From NCBI RefSeq assembly GCF_000143415.4, contig NW_003314278.1, forward strand, positions 202,371 through 266,370: DNA of 64,000 nt, written 5' to 3'. This document shows, one piece after another, positions 1 through 12,678 of the stretch. The position numbers were made by a program, and so were the translations under genes. Origin of the DNA: Selaginella moellendorffii (Eukaryota > Plantae > Lycopodiophyta). How positions within the stretch are numbered: position 1 is the stretch's first letter; every line of letters starts with the position of its first letter. A model generated the notes under the pieces. The model ran no database searches. It was not told where the DNA came from and saw nothing but the letters and a program-made list of their open reading frames with translations.

Positions 1-1558
1 GCTCAGCTCGCCTTGAGGCTGTCGGCGCTTGTCAAGGATCACATTGATGGCAGCGTGAGCGATCGTTTTCCATCACAACTGGATTTTTTGCAGCTGCGTG
101 CTCTTCCCGCCGGACAAAGTGGCATGGTTTTGCTGAGCCAGGTAAAAGATTTCATCCATTTTCTTCTTTGAGTTCTTCATTCTCTTATGCCAGCAGATCA
201 CCACCAGGAGCTTGTGGCATCGATTCTAGCGTGCGGGTTTTTCTGCTTGTATCCTTCGGCAGAGAGGAACAAATTGGATCTTCCCGACTTAAACTTCTAT
301 AAACTCTTCATGTAAGTTGCACTGGGCTTTGTTTTTTTCCCTTTCTGTTTATCTGTTGCTTTTTGCAGGGCACTGGTTGATGAGAATCGAGAAGAGAGTG
401 CCAAGCACAAGATCATATGCTTGTTGCATTACTTTCAGATTGTTTGTGAAAGCGTACCGCAAGGAATGATTTCTTACGAGCGCAAGGTGTTGTCTTTGGA
501 ACAAGAGATGGAGGATCCTTTCTCTTTCTGGAGCAGTTCCTCGAGACCGCTGTGTCAAATACTGGTATTAGTCACAAGCCTTGTCAGCTCATTAACTTGT
601 TCTCTTCTTTTCAGGTAATGGAAGATGGCACTATAGAAGGTAGTGATACTCCCGTTTTGGAGGTGGATTTCGCCAACAGGGTCTTAGGTGGTGGTGTACT
701 CGGCGCCGGATGCTTGCAGGTAGACTTCTCTACGTTTAAAACCTATGTGAACAATTGTGACAGGAGGAGATTAGATGCGTAATCAATCCCGAACTGATCG
801 CTGGAAGGCTTTTCTTACCGGCAATGCAAGACAATGAAGCAATAGAAATAGTCGGGACGCAGTGCTACAATCGATATGAGGGGTATGCCGAGTTTATCTT
901 ACCACGGAAGCGTTCTAACTTCTTTTTCCCGATAGATATGCCTCGAGCTTTCGTTTTGCTGGAAAGTTCTTCGACAACAAAGCCAGAGATGCATGGGGTC
1001 GAAAGGAAACGCACATTGTGGCCATTGACGCTCTCCCGTTTCCGGGAGAAGCACAATTCGACGCTGCGCTAATGCTGCGGTAGGCTCTCGTTTTCGATAC
1101 TTTTTCGTTGTGACTTTTCTCTTTTTTTTTCTTGAACTTTTTACTGTACCAGGGAACTTAACAAGGCATATTGTGGCTTTCTCGTCCATCAGTCGATTCA
1201 ATGCGGTGGCTCGAGTGAAAGCACTCGTGGAGTAGCCACCGGCAACTGGGGATGTGGGGTCTTTGGCGGGGACCATGAAGTTAAGAGCATGCTCCAGTGG
1301 CTGGCTGCCTCGGAGGTAAGCATCTCTCTGTCGCAAAAATTCATGCTTTGGGACGATGAGAAACCTTTGCAGGCTGGCCGGCCCTTCTTGTTGTACTACA
1401 CATTCAAAGATCCACGTACCACGAAGCTCCAGAGAATAGCCGACTGGATTTTAGAACAAAAGTGGAGCGTCCTGGAACTCTGGAGCGTTTTGATCGAGTA
1501 TGGAAAAGGAAGGAAGTATACCAAGGTGGGATTTTTTGACTGGCTTCTTCCAGATTAA
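1..1558 (+). CDS. PARG: Poly(ADP-ribose) glycohydrolase, multi-exon, 5' partial
   Basis: Spliced exons give VDFANRVLGGGVLGAGCLQ|EEIRCVINPEL (GGG-X-QEE catalytic loop) and TGNWGCGVFGGD..QWLAAS; stop TAA at 1556-1558. Confidence 0.92.
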
Positions 1559-1838
1559 TCGCAAGTGAAGACGCTGAGCTCCTCGCATCGATTTTTCCGT
1601 GAAGAACTGGGAAGAACTCGATGATTTGTCAATACGGAAGAAGCTCATGGTTAGAACAAAGAGTTCTTGGAATTTTTCTATATCCGGAGTACGTGGAGCA
1701 AAGTGAGATCCGTTCATTAACACTGTCGTAAGAGAGCATCCATTGAATATACTTTCTCTCGAGCCAGTAGTTTTTTTTTTCTTCGCATATATAAGGTGTG
1801 CCTTGGAGGACCGGTAGGGTTTTAGAGATCACGGCGCC

Positions 1839-4089
<2,251 letters not shown>

Positions 4090-4228
4090 AGGAAATTTTT
4101 TTTTTAAAAAAACGAAGGTCAGTTTCTTGTGGAGTGAATAATGCGTTCGTGGTATTCTGCGATGGGGGCAGAAATTTTGTCATCTAGAAACTCAACTTTG
4201 CAATAAAAAAAACTGTTGATATAGTTGG

Positions 4229-4943
4229 AATCGAGCCGATTCTGACGAGTCCACTCCACTTGGATTTCTTCCTCTCTTACAACCTGCAAAAAGAAATTGA
4301 AAACTAGCTAGCAACCACTCGAGCATACCTCGGAAATTGCCACCGATGGAGCATATGGAAACGCATCGAATATATGCTGCTCTAATTATTGTCTTCTCAG
4401 CAACATGGTACCTGCAACCTCAGGAGAAAGACACATTCATAATGAAAAAATTGAGCCTACTGACATGATGCTGTCTTGCTCCAATTCATCCGTCACTGCA
4501 GTTAAAACATTTAAGGAGTAGAAGAGTTGGAAGCATGGGAAAGAGAAAGCACATCTTACATTGCTCCATTCAAAGACTCCCAACTTTTTCTCATATTAGG
4601 TGACTTTGGATAGTAGGAAATCAAATATATATACCTTCTTCACAGCAGCTGGCGCTTCTATCGATGCAGTAGCGTGCCCGAATCTGTAAAGAAAGAAAGT
4701 CTATGAATCTAAGGAAGTATTGCCGATTTAAACAAAATCTCACCAGAGCGTTGGCGACGCTAAAACAATCCACGTAGTGACTGCCTCTCTTGGCCATATC
4801 ATCCTTACAGGCAGATTCCCAGCTATAGCACAGGAAAGTCGGATCAGCTTCAAAGAACTGCCGGATAGCGGTGGACTCCTATGGGATCATGACTAGCCTT
4901 CCTGTGTACTTGATTTGGTTAGCTCAATCTCAAGAACTCTTGC
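4229..4943 (-). pseudogene. Inverted, deletion-eroded copy of UAP1 (source ~2575-3860, introns included)
   Basis: aatcgagccgattctgacgagtccactccact is the reverse complement of ~3828-3860; collinear blocks continue to the reverse complement of ~2575. Confidence 0.9.
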
Positions 4944-4945
4944 CA

Positions 4946-5590
4946 CGATCAGCAGCTCGCGCAGCACCGGCCATGGACGCTCTTCACCTCCTCGAAGCAC
5001 TGGCCATGGCGAAGATAGTCTATTGCGTTGGCCTCGCTTTGCAATCGCTCTTCATCTCCTCGAACAGTATTCTGGAACGTGGAAGAGAGCAATCAAGATG
5101 AAGAGAAAAAGAAGAAAGTTTTTGCTTTACCAGTGTTCCTTTGACTGGGTCCTTTCCCAGACCGAAGTGAGCAACCTTGGCTTCGAGATTCTCGCCAGAC
5201 TTGATGTCTCTGTTCGTGAAGGTGGCTGAGAATCAAGAGCAATCTCAACGCGTTTATTCCAGCTGAGGTGCCTTGAATTCGCTGCAAACCAGAGAAACAA
5301 AACCGATCAAAGGAGGATTTGATGTATTTATGTATTCATAAACGAGAGGATAGATCTTCGCTCGTTGAGGCGTCGGCCCGGATAAGCGAGCTCCACAGGT
5401 ACTTCCCTCGCGATCTCCGCGAAGACCCTCCTCGCGCGACTCACCTTCTTGCATCGCGCGTACATTCTCATCAGCGCTTGAGCCTACGAGGCTCCCGGTC
5501 GCCGCCGGCGAATGGATCGTCCGCCGATCGCACCGCGATAGCATCCACACGAAGTTCCTGGCGATGAAGAGCAGAGATCCATCCAGGACA
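4946..5590 (-). pseudogene. Inverted, eroded copy of the 3' half of the PPR gene at 5736-7043 (source ~6490-6955), split by an insert
   Basis: 4946-5067 and 5350-5590 match the reverse complement of ~6790-6955 and ~6490-6790 (e.g. gagctccacaggtacttccctcgcg). Confidence 0.88.
5130..5285 (-). pseudogene. Captured receptor-like kinase exon fragment
   Basis: Minus strand reads LSWNKRVEIALDS..NRDIKSGENLEAKVAHFGLGK, i.e. RLK subdomains VIa-VII with internal deletions; bounded by CAG and GTAAAG splice sites. Confidence 0.7.
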
Positions 5591-5735
5591 AGTAGGAAAT
5601 AGGCAAGAATGGCTGTGCTAAGCCATGCAATATACCCGCTACTGCTTTCATCGCATTGAAACTAGAAAAAGTTTTCTTAAGAAAACCAGTGCTTTTAAAA
5701 TCGAATTAGGTCAGAGCAGATGTTTTCTGGCGGGA

Positions 5736-7043
5736 ATGAAGCCATTCCTCCGGGCAAGGCGCGTGCGCGCTCTCCGCGAGCGCGAGCGCTTTGCGCGCGA
5801 GAATGCGCGTGTGCGGCGCCATCCCTGCGAGGAGCGCGACCGCGTGACGCTCTTCCGGGAGCTCCACAGGATGAAATCGAGGGGGCGGGACGATCCCTTC
5901 CACCCCCACGAGTACGCCACCATCCTGGGCCTCGCGGGCCGCCTGGGCGCCGCTAGGGAGGGCAACCAGATCCACCGCCATCTCATCCACTGCCGGCTGG
6001 AGCGCGAGTCCAAGATCACTGCCCATGTCATCCGGATGTATGGCCGCTGTGGATTCCCCCACCGCGCCATCCGCTGCTTCGACAATCTCTTCTCCAAGCC
6101 CGCGCCGCTGTGGGCCGCCGTGATCTCGGCGCTCGCGCAGAACGATCGACTCGATCACGCGAGGTACTTCTTCCGGAAGATGCTGCTCCGCCCGTGCCGC
6201 CCCGACGAGGATTGCTACATCGCTGTTCTTGGCGCCTGCGCTGGATCGCGGTGCCTGGAGTTTGGGCGAGACATCCACGCCAAGCTCGGGCTTGCGGGGC
6301 TGGACGCTGATTCTAACGTGTGCAATGCGGTGATCGCAATGTATGGGCGCTGCGAGGCGCCCCAACTGGCGTTGGAGTTCTTCGAGAGGATGGATCGCGC
6401 TGGGCAGAGGAACGCGAGCTCGTGGATCGCACTGATTGCCGCATTTGCCGAGAGTGGGCAAATGCAAGAGGCCGCGCAATTTGCCCGGCTGCTTCTCCTA
6501 GATGGATCCCTGCTCTTCATCGCCAGGAACTTCGTGTGGATGCTCTCCCGGTGCGATCGGCGGAGCGATCTGTGGCGCGGCGAGGCGATCCACTCGCTGG
6601 CGGCCATCGGAGGCTTCGCGGGCGAGCCTCGCGTGGCGCAAGCGCTGATGCGAATGTATGGGCGATGCAAGAAGGTGAGCCGCGCGAGGAGGGTCTTTGA
6701 GGAGATGGCGAGGCCGCGAGGGAAGTACCTGTGGAGCTCGCTCATCCGGGCCTACGCCTTCGATCGGACGCAGCGAGCGAAGATCTTCCCGCTGTTCGAG
6801 GAGATGAAGGGCGATTGCAAGGCAAGGCCGACGCAAGAGACCGTCTTCACCATGGCCAGCGCCGCGAGGAGCTTTGAGGAGGTGAAGAGCGTCCATGGAT
6901 GGATCGTGGAGAGGAAATGCAAGCTGGGGCCGGTGCTGCGCGAGGTGCTGATCGAGAGGTACGAGAGCTGCGAGAGCGTGGCCGATGGGTGGGAGAAATT
7001 CCGGCAAATGCACGCGCGATTCAAGCAGGGATACTTCGCCTAG
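5736..7043 (+). CDS. Divergent PLS-type PPR protein, intronless
   Basis: Repeated MYGRC/W..VI.A motifs with degenerate PPR repeats; upstream in-frame ATG at 5625 is an alternative start. Confidence 0.8.
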   Translation: MKPFLRARRVRALRERERFARENARVRRHPCEERDRVTLFRELHRMKSRGRDDPFHPHEYATILGLAGRLGAAREGNQIHRHLIHCRLERESKITAHVIRMYGRCGFPHRAIRCFDNLFSKPAPLWAAVISALAQNDRLDHARYFFRKMLLRPCRPDEDCYIAVLGACAGSRCLEFGRDIHAKLGLAGLDADSNVCNAVIAMYGRCEAPQLALEFFERMDRAGQRNASSWIALIAAFAESGQMQEAAQFARLLLLDGSLLFIARNFVWMLSRCDRRSDLWRGEAIHSLAAIGGFAGEPRVAQALMRMYGRCKKVSRARRVFEEMARPRGKYLWSSLIRAYAFDRTQRAKIFPLFEEMKGDCKARPTQETVFTMASAARSFEEVKSVHGWIVERKCKLGPVLREVLIERYESCESVADGWEKFRQMHARFKQGYFA

Positions 7044-7111
7044 CCTAGCTCGCGCTAGAAGAGATTTTCTTGGAGAAAGAAATTAGGGTTCTTGGCGAAA
7101 CCAAGGAGATC

Positions 7112-8491
7112 ATGAATATCTTCAAGCGCTGGATCACGCTTAAGATCCACGCGCGCTTCGACCGCAGCCTCTACAACAGCAACCGCGACCGCGCGCAGCT
7201 GGCGGCGCTGGTCCACGAGATGAACTCGTGGAACAAGCGCCTCGAGGACGAGGACTACGCCAACATCCTCGACCTGTGCGGCAAGCTCCGCGCGCTCCAG
7301 GAGGGCCAGGACGTCCACGCCCACATCCATCTCAATCGCCTCGAGCGCAACCGCGTCCCCGGGATCAAGCTCACGCAGATGTATGGCAAATGCGGCCGCC
7401 CGGACGAGGCGCGCCGCGCCTTCGCCGAGATCCTCTCTAAGGAGATCATCGCGTGGACGAGCGTGGTCGAGGCGCACGCCAAGAACTCCCAGCACAAGAC
7501 CGCGCGCGAGCTCTTCCTCAAGATGAAGCTCGTGCCCATCTTCCCCGACGAGGGCGCCTACCTCGCGGTTCTTCGCGCTTGCGTCGGCCCCGCCGCGCTC
7601 AAGGAGGGCAAGGCCATCCACGCCGCGATCGTGCGCAGCGCGCTGGAGAAGCGACCCAGCGTCGCGGCCGCGCTCATCAACATGTACGCCAAGTGCGAGA
7701 GCCTCGCCGATTCCAGCGCCTGCTTCGCCAAGGTGGAGCGCCAGGGATTCGTGCCGCCGTGGATCGCGATGATCGCAGCAAATGCCGAGTTTGGGCATTT
7801 GCGGGAGGCCGCGGTGCTGTTCCAGAGGCTGCTGCTCGAGGGGATCCTGGTGCTGAGCAAGAACGAATTCACGGAGCTCATGGACCGGTACGAGTGCCCG
7901 GCCGATCTGGAGCAAGCCCGCGTCGTCCAGACGATCGTGGCGATGGCCAATCTCGAGGACAACAGCTTTCTCCAGGTCCAGCTCATGGCGATGTTCTCGC
8001 GCTGCGGCGATCTCAAGGCCGCGAGGGCGATCTTCGATGGCGCTGGCGAGGAGAACCACAACGTGAACATGTACCGCGCGCTGATCGAGGCCTACGTCGC
8101 AGCGTTCGCGTTCAAGGACGCGATCCTCGTCTTCCGCGAGATGCTGCGCAAGAACGTCACCCCCGATCGGTGCATCTACCTCGCGGCGCTGGCGGCGTGC
8201 ACGGGATTCGAGGACTGCAAGATCGTCCACTCGACGATGCGCAGCCATGGCGTGCGCAGCGACGAGATCTACAAGTCCTACCTGATAAGAAACTATCGGA
8301 GGTGCCCGGAGGTGGACGACGCCGAGAGGATGTTCGCGGAGGTCGAGGGGCTGGATCTCGAGGACGCGGACGTGAGGAAGAAGTGCCGGGACGAGACGGA
8401 ATGGGTGAAGCTCACCACTGGGGACTACACTCGCGTCAATCACCGCGTCGCGAAGCCGTTCAGCTCGATCGAGAAGGGGCTGCGATCGTGA
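7112..8491 (+). CDS. Divergent PLS-type PPR protein, intronless paralog of 5736-7043
   Basis: MYGKCGRPDEARRAF..IIAWTSVVEAHA, MYAKCESL; same architecture as the upstream ORF. Confidence 0.82.
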   Translation: MNIFKRWITLKIHARFDRSLYNSNRDRAQLAALVHEMNSWNKRLEDEDYANILDLCGKLRALQEGQDVHAHIHLNRLERNRVPGIKLTQMYGKCGRPDEARRAFAEILSKEIIAWTSVVEAHAKNSQHKTARELFLKMKLVPIFPDEGAYLAVLRACVGPAALKEGKAIHAAIVRSALEKRPSVAAALINMYAKCESLADSSACFAKVERQGFVPPWIAMIAANAEFGHLREAAVLFQRLLLEGILVLSKNEFTELMDRYECPADLEQARVVQTIVAMANLEDNSFLQVQLMAMFSRCGDLKAARAIFDGAGEENHNVNMYRALIEAYVAAFAFKDAILVFREMLRKNVTPDRCIYLAALAACTGFEDCKIVHSTMRSHGVRSDEIYKSYLIRNYRRCPEVDDAERMFAEVEGLDLEDADVRKKCRDETEWVKLTTGDYTRVNHRVAKPFSSIEKGLRS

Positions 8492-8547
8492 TGGGTGTGC
8501 TTGGATCTATCCAGGAAATCGCTTTGCTTTGCTCGAGATGAGAGATC

Positions 8548-10503
8548 ATGAGATGGGCAGCGCAGGAATCCGTGGAGCTCATCGAATCTTGCACGAGTGT
8601 GGGGGATTTGCGGCGTGTCTCGGTCCAGATTGCTGCTGCCAAGCAAGGATTTGACTCCGTGTATGAGGCGAATTTGCTCATTCGCAAGTTTGGGAGCTAT
8701 GGCAGTGCCGAGGATGCGCGATGGGTGTTCGATCGCATGGTGGAGAGGGACGAGATTACGTGGGGCTCGATGCTGGCGGTGTATACGCAGAACAGGAGAT
8801 TCAAGGACGCCGAGGCGATGTTTGATTTGCGTGCCGAGAGAGGTGTGGCGTCGTGGAATGTCATGCTGGCCGCATATGCCCAAAGAGGGCATTTGGAGAA
8901 AGCCAAGTTTGTGTTTGAAAGGATGCCAGAGAGGAGCCTTGTTTCTTGGAACTCAATCCTCACTGCCTACTTACAAAACGGAAGCGTTGACGAGGCGAAG
9001 GTGGTGTTTGATCGGATGCCGGAGAAAGACGTGGTGTCATGGAATGCGCTCCTTGCTGGATATGCCCAGAACGGGCATTTTGGAAGAGCGAAAGAAGTTT
9101 TCGAGACTATGCCTGGCCGGAGACTGAGCTCTTGGAACGCGATCCTCGCTGCGTCTTCAGAGGAAGGGATGCTAGTTCTTGCGAAGTCTGTATTTGAATC
9201 GATGCCGGAGTGGAATCTCGTGTCTGCGACTGCCATGCTCACTGCATATGCCCAGAACAAGCATCTTGACCAGGCCAAGTTTATGTTTGATCGGATGCCG
9301 GAGAAGAACATCGTGTCGTGGACGGCCATGGTTTCTGGCTATGCCCAAAACGGCAGCCTTCGGTTGGCGAAGAGCCTCTTCGATGTGATGCCGGAGAGGA
9401 ACTTGGTGTCTTGGACGGCCATGCTCGCTGCATTCGCTCAGAGCAAACGATACGACAAGGCCAAGGCGTTGTTTGATTCCATGCCCGATCGAAATGCCAT
9501 CTCCTGGAACGTGATGCTCAACGTCTACTCTTGCAGCGGGATGCTTGTCGAGGCAAAGTCGCTCTTCTCCGCGATGGAGGAGAGCAATCTCATATCGTGG
9601 AACTTGATGCTGGCTGCGTACTCGGAGAATGGAGACCTTGATCAGGCAAAAGGACTGTTTGAGAGAATGCCGTGCTGGGACGTGGGATCCTGGAACTGCT
9701 TGCTCGCGGCTTACTCCCACCGCGGCCAGATCGAGCAGGCAAAGTTTGTGTTTGACACGATGAAGGCCCGGAACGCTATATCGTGGTGCTCGCTTCTGGC
9801 TGGCTATGCCCAGTCTGGGCATATCGAAGAGGCCGAGCGCGTGTTTCTAGCGATGCCCGAGTGGGACATAGCGGCTTGCAACGCGATGGTGGCTGCTTGG
9901 ATCCACTCAGGAGACTTGGAAGAGGCGATCTGTTTGCTCCACAGCGTTCCAGCTCGGGATGTCATGTCGTGGAACTCGGTGCTCGCGGGGCTTGTGCAGC
10001 GCGGAAGCCTCGGAAAGGTGGCGGAGATGTTTGCGAGAATGCCCGAGGTGGACTGCGTTTCGCGCAGCACGGTGCTGTCGATGTGTTGCCAGGCCGGGTA
10101 TCTGGAGGAGGGACTTGGATTGTTTGCGAGAATGGTGGCGGATGGGTTTGATCCGGACGAAGTTGGCGTCATGAACATCCTCTCCGGGTGTAGCCATGCG
10201 GGCGATGTTGCAACCGGCCACAGCTTCTTCGTGTCAATGATCCGGGACCATGAATTGAAGCCCAGCAAGCAGCACTACAGCTGCGTGATCGATCTCCTGG
10301 GACGTGCTGGATACCTGGGCGATGCAAGGGAGGTGATTGCAAACATGCCGTATGCTCCCGAAGCTCGAGACTGGAGTTGCTTGCTTGGAGCTTGCCGGAA
10401 CCACAAGCAGGCCGTGATTGGAGCTTCCGCAGCCATGAATGTGTTGAAGCTCAATCCAGCGAGATCGTCATCGTATGAATTGCTAGCAGGTGTAGTAACG
10501 TGA
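8548..10503 (+). CDS. PLS-class PPR protein with a long run of 31-aa S/SS motifs and a truncated E domain
   Basis: 651 aa ORF; repeated FDRMPE.NxVSWNxML.AYAQNG; HYSCVIDLLGRAG..WSCLLGACRNH; no DYW. Confidence 0.93.
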   Translation: MRWAAQESVELIESCTSVGDLRRVSVQIAAAKQGFDSVYEANLLIRKFGSYGSAEDARWVFDRMVERDEITWGSMLAVYTQNRRFKDAEAMFDLRAERGVASWNVMLAAYAQRGHLEKAKFVFERMPERSLVSWNSILTAYLQNGSVDEAKVVFDRMPEKDVVSWNALLAGYAQNGHFGRAKEVFETMPGRRLSSWNAILAASSEEGMLVLAKSVFESMPEWNLVSATAMLTAYAQNKHLDQAKFMFDRMPEKNIVSWTAMVSGYAQNGSLRLAKSLFDVMPERNLVSWTAMLAAFAQSKRYDKAKALFDSMPDRNAISWNVMLNVYSCSGMLVEAKSLFSAMEESNLISWNLMLAAYSENGDLDQAKGLFERMPCWDVGSWNCLLAAYSHRGQIEQAKFVFDTMKARNAISWCSLLAGYAQSGHIEEAERVFLAMPEWDIAACNAMVAAWIHSGDLEEAICLLHSVPARDVMSWNSVLAGLVQRGSLGKVAEMFARMPEVDCVSRSTVLSMCCQAGYLEEGLGLFARMVADGFDPDEVGVMNILSGCSHAGDVATGHSFFVSMIRDHELKPSKQHYSCVIDLLGRAGYLGDAREVIANMPYAPEARDWSCLLGACRNHKQAVIGASAAMNVLKLNPARSSSYELLAGVVT

Positions 10504-10582
10504 AGGAAGAATCACTTCCTCCTGGAAACTCTTCCTGAAGATCATGGGATTGTGTAAAAATATACAGTGAGTTTTCTCTTGC

Positions 10583-12598
10583 ATGGAAGTGGAGCCATTG
10601 ACGTTTGAGTCGCCTTTCTCTCTCAAGCATCTCGTTGCAAAGGTTAAATCTTGTGGCAAAGCCAAGAATCCAACTCTTGCAAAGCAAGTCCATGGCTGCA
10701 TTCTCCAATCACAGCATGCAGCAAACCAGCGTCTCGGCAATCTGCTCGTACAAATGTATTGCCAGTGTGGGTGCACCGATGAAGCGTACGATGTCTACAA
10801 ACAACTCCACCATCCCAGCGCCCACTCCCTCAATTTCATTCTTACTTTACACAGCAAGCGTAGGAACGTGGAGAGAATCAAAGTTCTTTTTGATCAAGCA
10901 GCCGCGAGGGATGTTGTGTCGTGGAACATACTCATTGCAGCATATGCCCAAGCCGGGCACATGCTTGAAGCAAAAGCTGCGTTTGATCGCATGGGGGATC
11001 GTAGCGTTGTGTCGTGGAATTCAATGATCAGTGGGTATGCAAGGAAAGGAATGATTCGGGAAGCATGGATCATGTTTGATCGCATGCCGGAGTGGAGCGT
11101 CGTTTCCTGGACTGCCATGCTAGACGCATTTGCCGGGGCACGGGACCTAGCTAGCGCTAGAGCCATTTTTGATTCGATGCTCGAGAGGAACTTGGTATCC
11201 TGGAGCTGCATTCTCAGCGCTTACATTGCAAATGGAGATTGTGACACTGCTAAGATTCTTTTTGATTCTATGCCCGAGCACGACCAAGCTTCTTGGAACA
11301 CTGTAATTTCAGCATATGCCCTCAAGGGGCAAATGTGTACAGCCAAGAACTTGTTTGATGCAGCGCCTTTTCGAGGCACAGCCGCTTGGAACTCGATGAT
11401 CGCTGGGCACGGACAAAGAGGTGAGATTGAGGAGGCTGAGTTATTCTTTCGATCGACTCCTGATCCCGACATCATCACCTGGACGAGTCTCATATCGGCA
11501 TATATCTCGAAAGGGCATCTCAAAGACGCCATGATCGCCTTAAAAAATATGCCTCTGAGGAACGTTGTAGTGTTCACGGCCATGCTACAGGGACTTTCAG
11601 ACAGTGGAAAGATGGTAGAGTTTGCAAGTGTTTTCAGCATGCTACCTGAGGTGGACATGGTGGCGTGCAACATGGGCATCGTAGCGTATGCTCAAAACGG
11701 GCATCTCGACGCTGCCAAGGAGATGTTCGATAGGATGGAGGAGCGCGACTCAATCTCCTGGAATGCGCTCCTCCACGCGTTCGTGCTGAACCGGCGAGCG
11801 GAGGAAGCCAAGATGGCCTTCGATCGGATGCCAGAGCGCGACATTTTCTCGTGGAATTCGTGGCTGCTGCTGCTGCTGGTAACCGGGGACGCGATCTCTG
11901 CAAGACAAGCGTTTGATTCAATGCCGGTGTGGGATCTGGCATCGTGGAGCCTGATGCTCCAGTTCTTCGGCCAAGAGGGCGATTTGCAATCGGCAATGGA
12001 GCTCTTTTGCTCGATGCCCGAGCGGGACGCGGTCTCGTGGGGATGCTTGGCCGCGGCATTTGCTCGCAATGGTCACCTCGAGCGAGCCAAGCTCACGTTC
12101 CACTCCATGCCCGAGCACGACTTGGCCTCGGTGAACGCCATGATCTCCACGTACGCCCAGTGCGGGCGAGGACGAGAAGCTCTCGAGATCTTCGCGACCA
12201 AGTTGCTCCTCGAAGGCCGAGCACCCGACGAGATCTCCTTCCTCAACTCGCTCGTTTCTTGCAGCCACCGCGGCCTCCTCCGAGAGGCTCTCGCCCTCTT
12301 CGCCTCGATGCTGGGCGATCACAACTTAACTCCGTGGTGCCACCACTACTGCTGCATTGTCGATCTCTTGGGACGATCCGGGCGCCTGGCACAGGCCCGG
12401 GAGCTCGCCGCCGCCGCGAGTAGCAAATGGAGCTCGTCCAGCGACATCGTCCCCTATAATACACTGCTCGGAACTTCATTCATGCATGGCGACGTCAAAG
12501 GTGGCGAGCAAGCAGCAAATCTCGTGTTATCCTCGAACCCAAGCATTGCATCGCCCAGAATAACGCTTGCCAACTTGTACGTAGTAGGATCTTTATAA
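10583..12598 (+). CDS. PLS-class PPR protein (S/SS-rich, degenerate E domain)
   Basis: 671 aa ORF; SW-containing 31-aa repeats; HYCCIVDLLGRSG; no DYW. Confidence 0.92.
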   Translation: MEVEPLTFESPFSLKHLVAKVKSCGKAKNPTLAKQVHGCILQSQHAANQRLGNLLVQMYCQCGCTDEAYDVYKQLHHPSAHSLNFILTLHSKRRNVERIKVLFDQAAARDVVSWNILIAAYAQAGHMLEAKAAFDRMGDRSVVSWNSMISGYARKGMIREAWIMFDRMPEWSVVSWTAMLDAFAGARDLASARAIFDSMLERNLVSWSCILSAYIANGDCDTAKILFDSMPEHDQASWNTVISAYALKGQMCTAKNLFDAAPFRGTAAWNSMIAGHGQRGEIEEAELFFRSTPDPDIITWTSLISAYISKGHLKDAMIALKNMPLRNVVVFTAMLQGLSDSGKMVEFASVFSMLPEVDMVACNMGIVAYAQNGHLDAAKEMFDRMEERDSISWNALLHAFVLNRRAEEAKMAFDRMPERDIFSWNSWLLLLLVTGDAISARQAFDSMPVWDLASWSLMLQFFGQEGDLQSAMELFCSMPERDAVSWGCLAAAFARNGHLERAKLTFHSMPEHDLASVNAMISTYAQCGRGREALEIFATKLLLEGRAPDEISFLNSLVSCSHRGLLREALALFASMLGDHNLTPWCHHYCCIVDLLGRSGRLAQARELAAAASSKWSSSSDIVPYNTLLGTSFMHGDVKGGEQAANLVLSSNPSIASPRITLANLYVVGSL

Positions 12599-12678
12599 AA
12601 ATATGTTGCAAGCTCTAATTTTACCGACGATTCGAAGGATATAAACGACTCCTCGAGTTCCAAACTCAGCACGCATCA

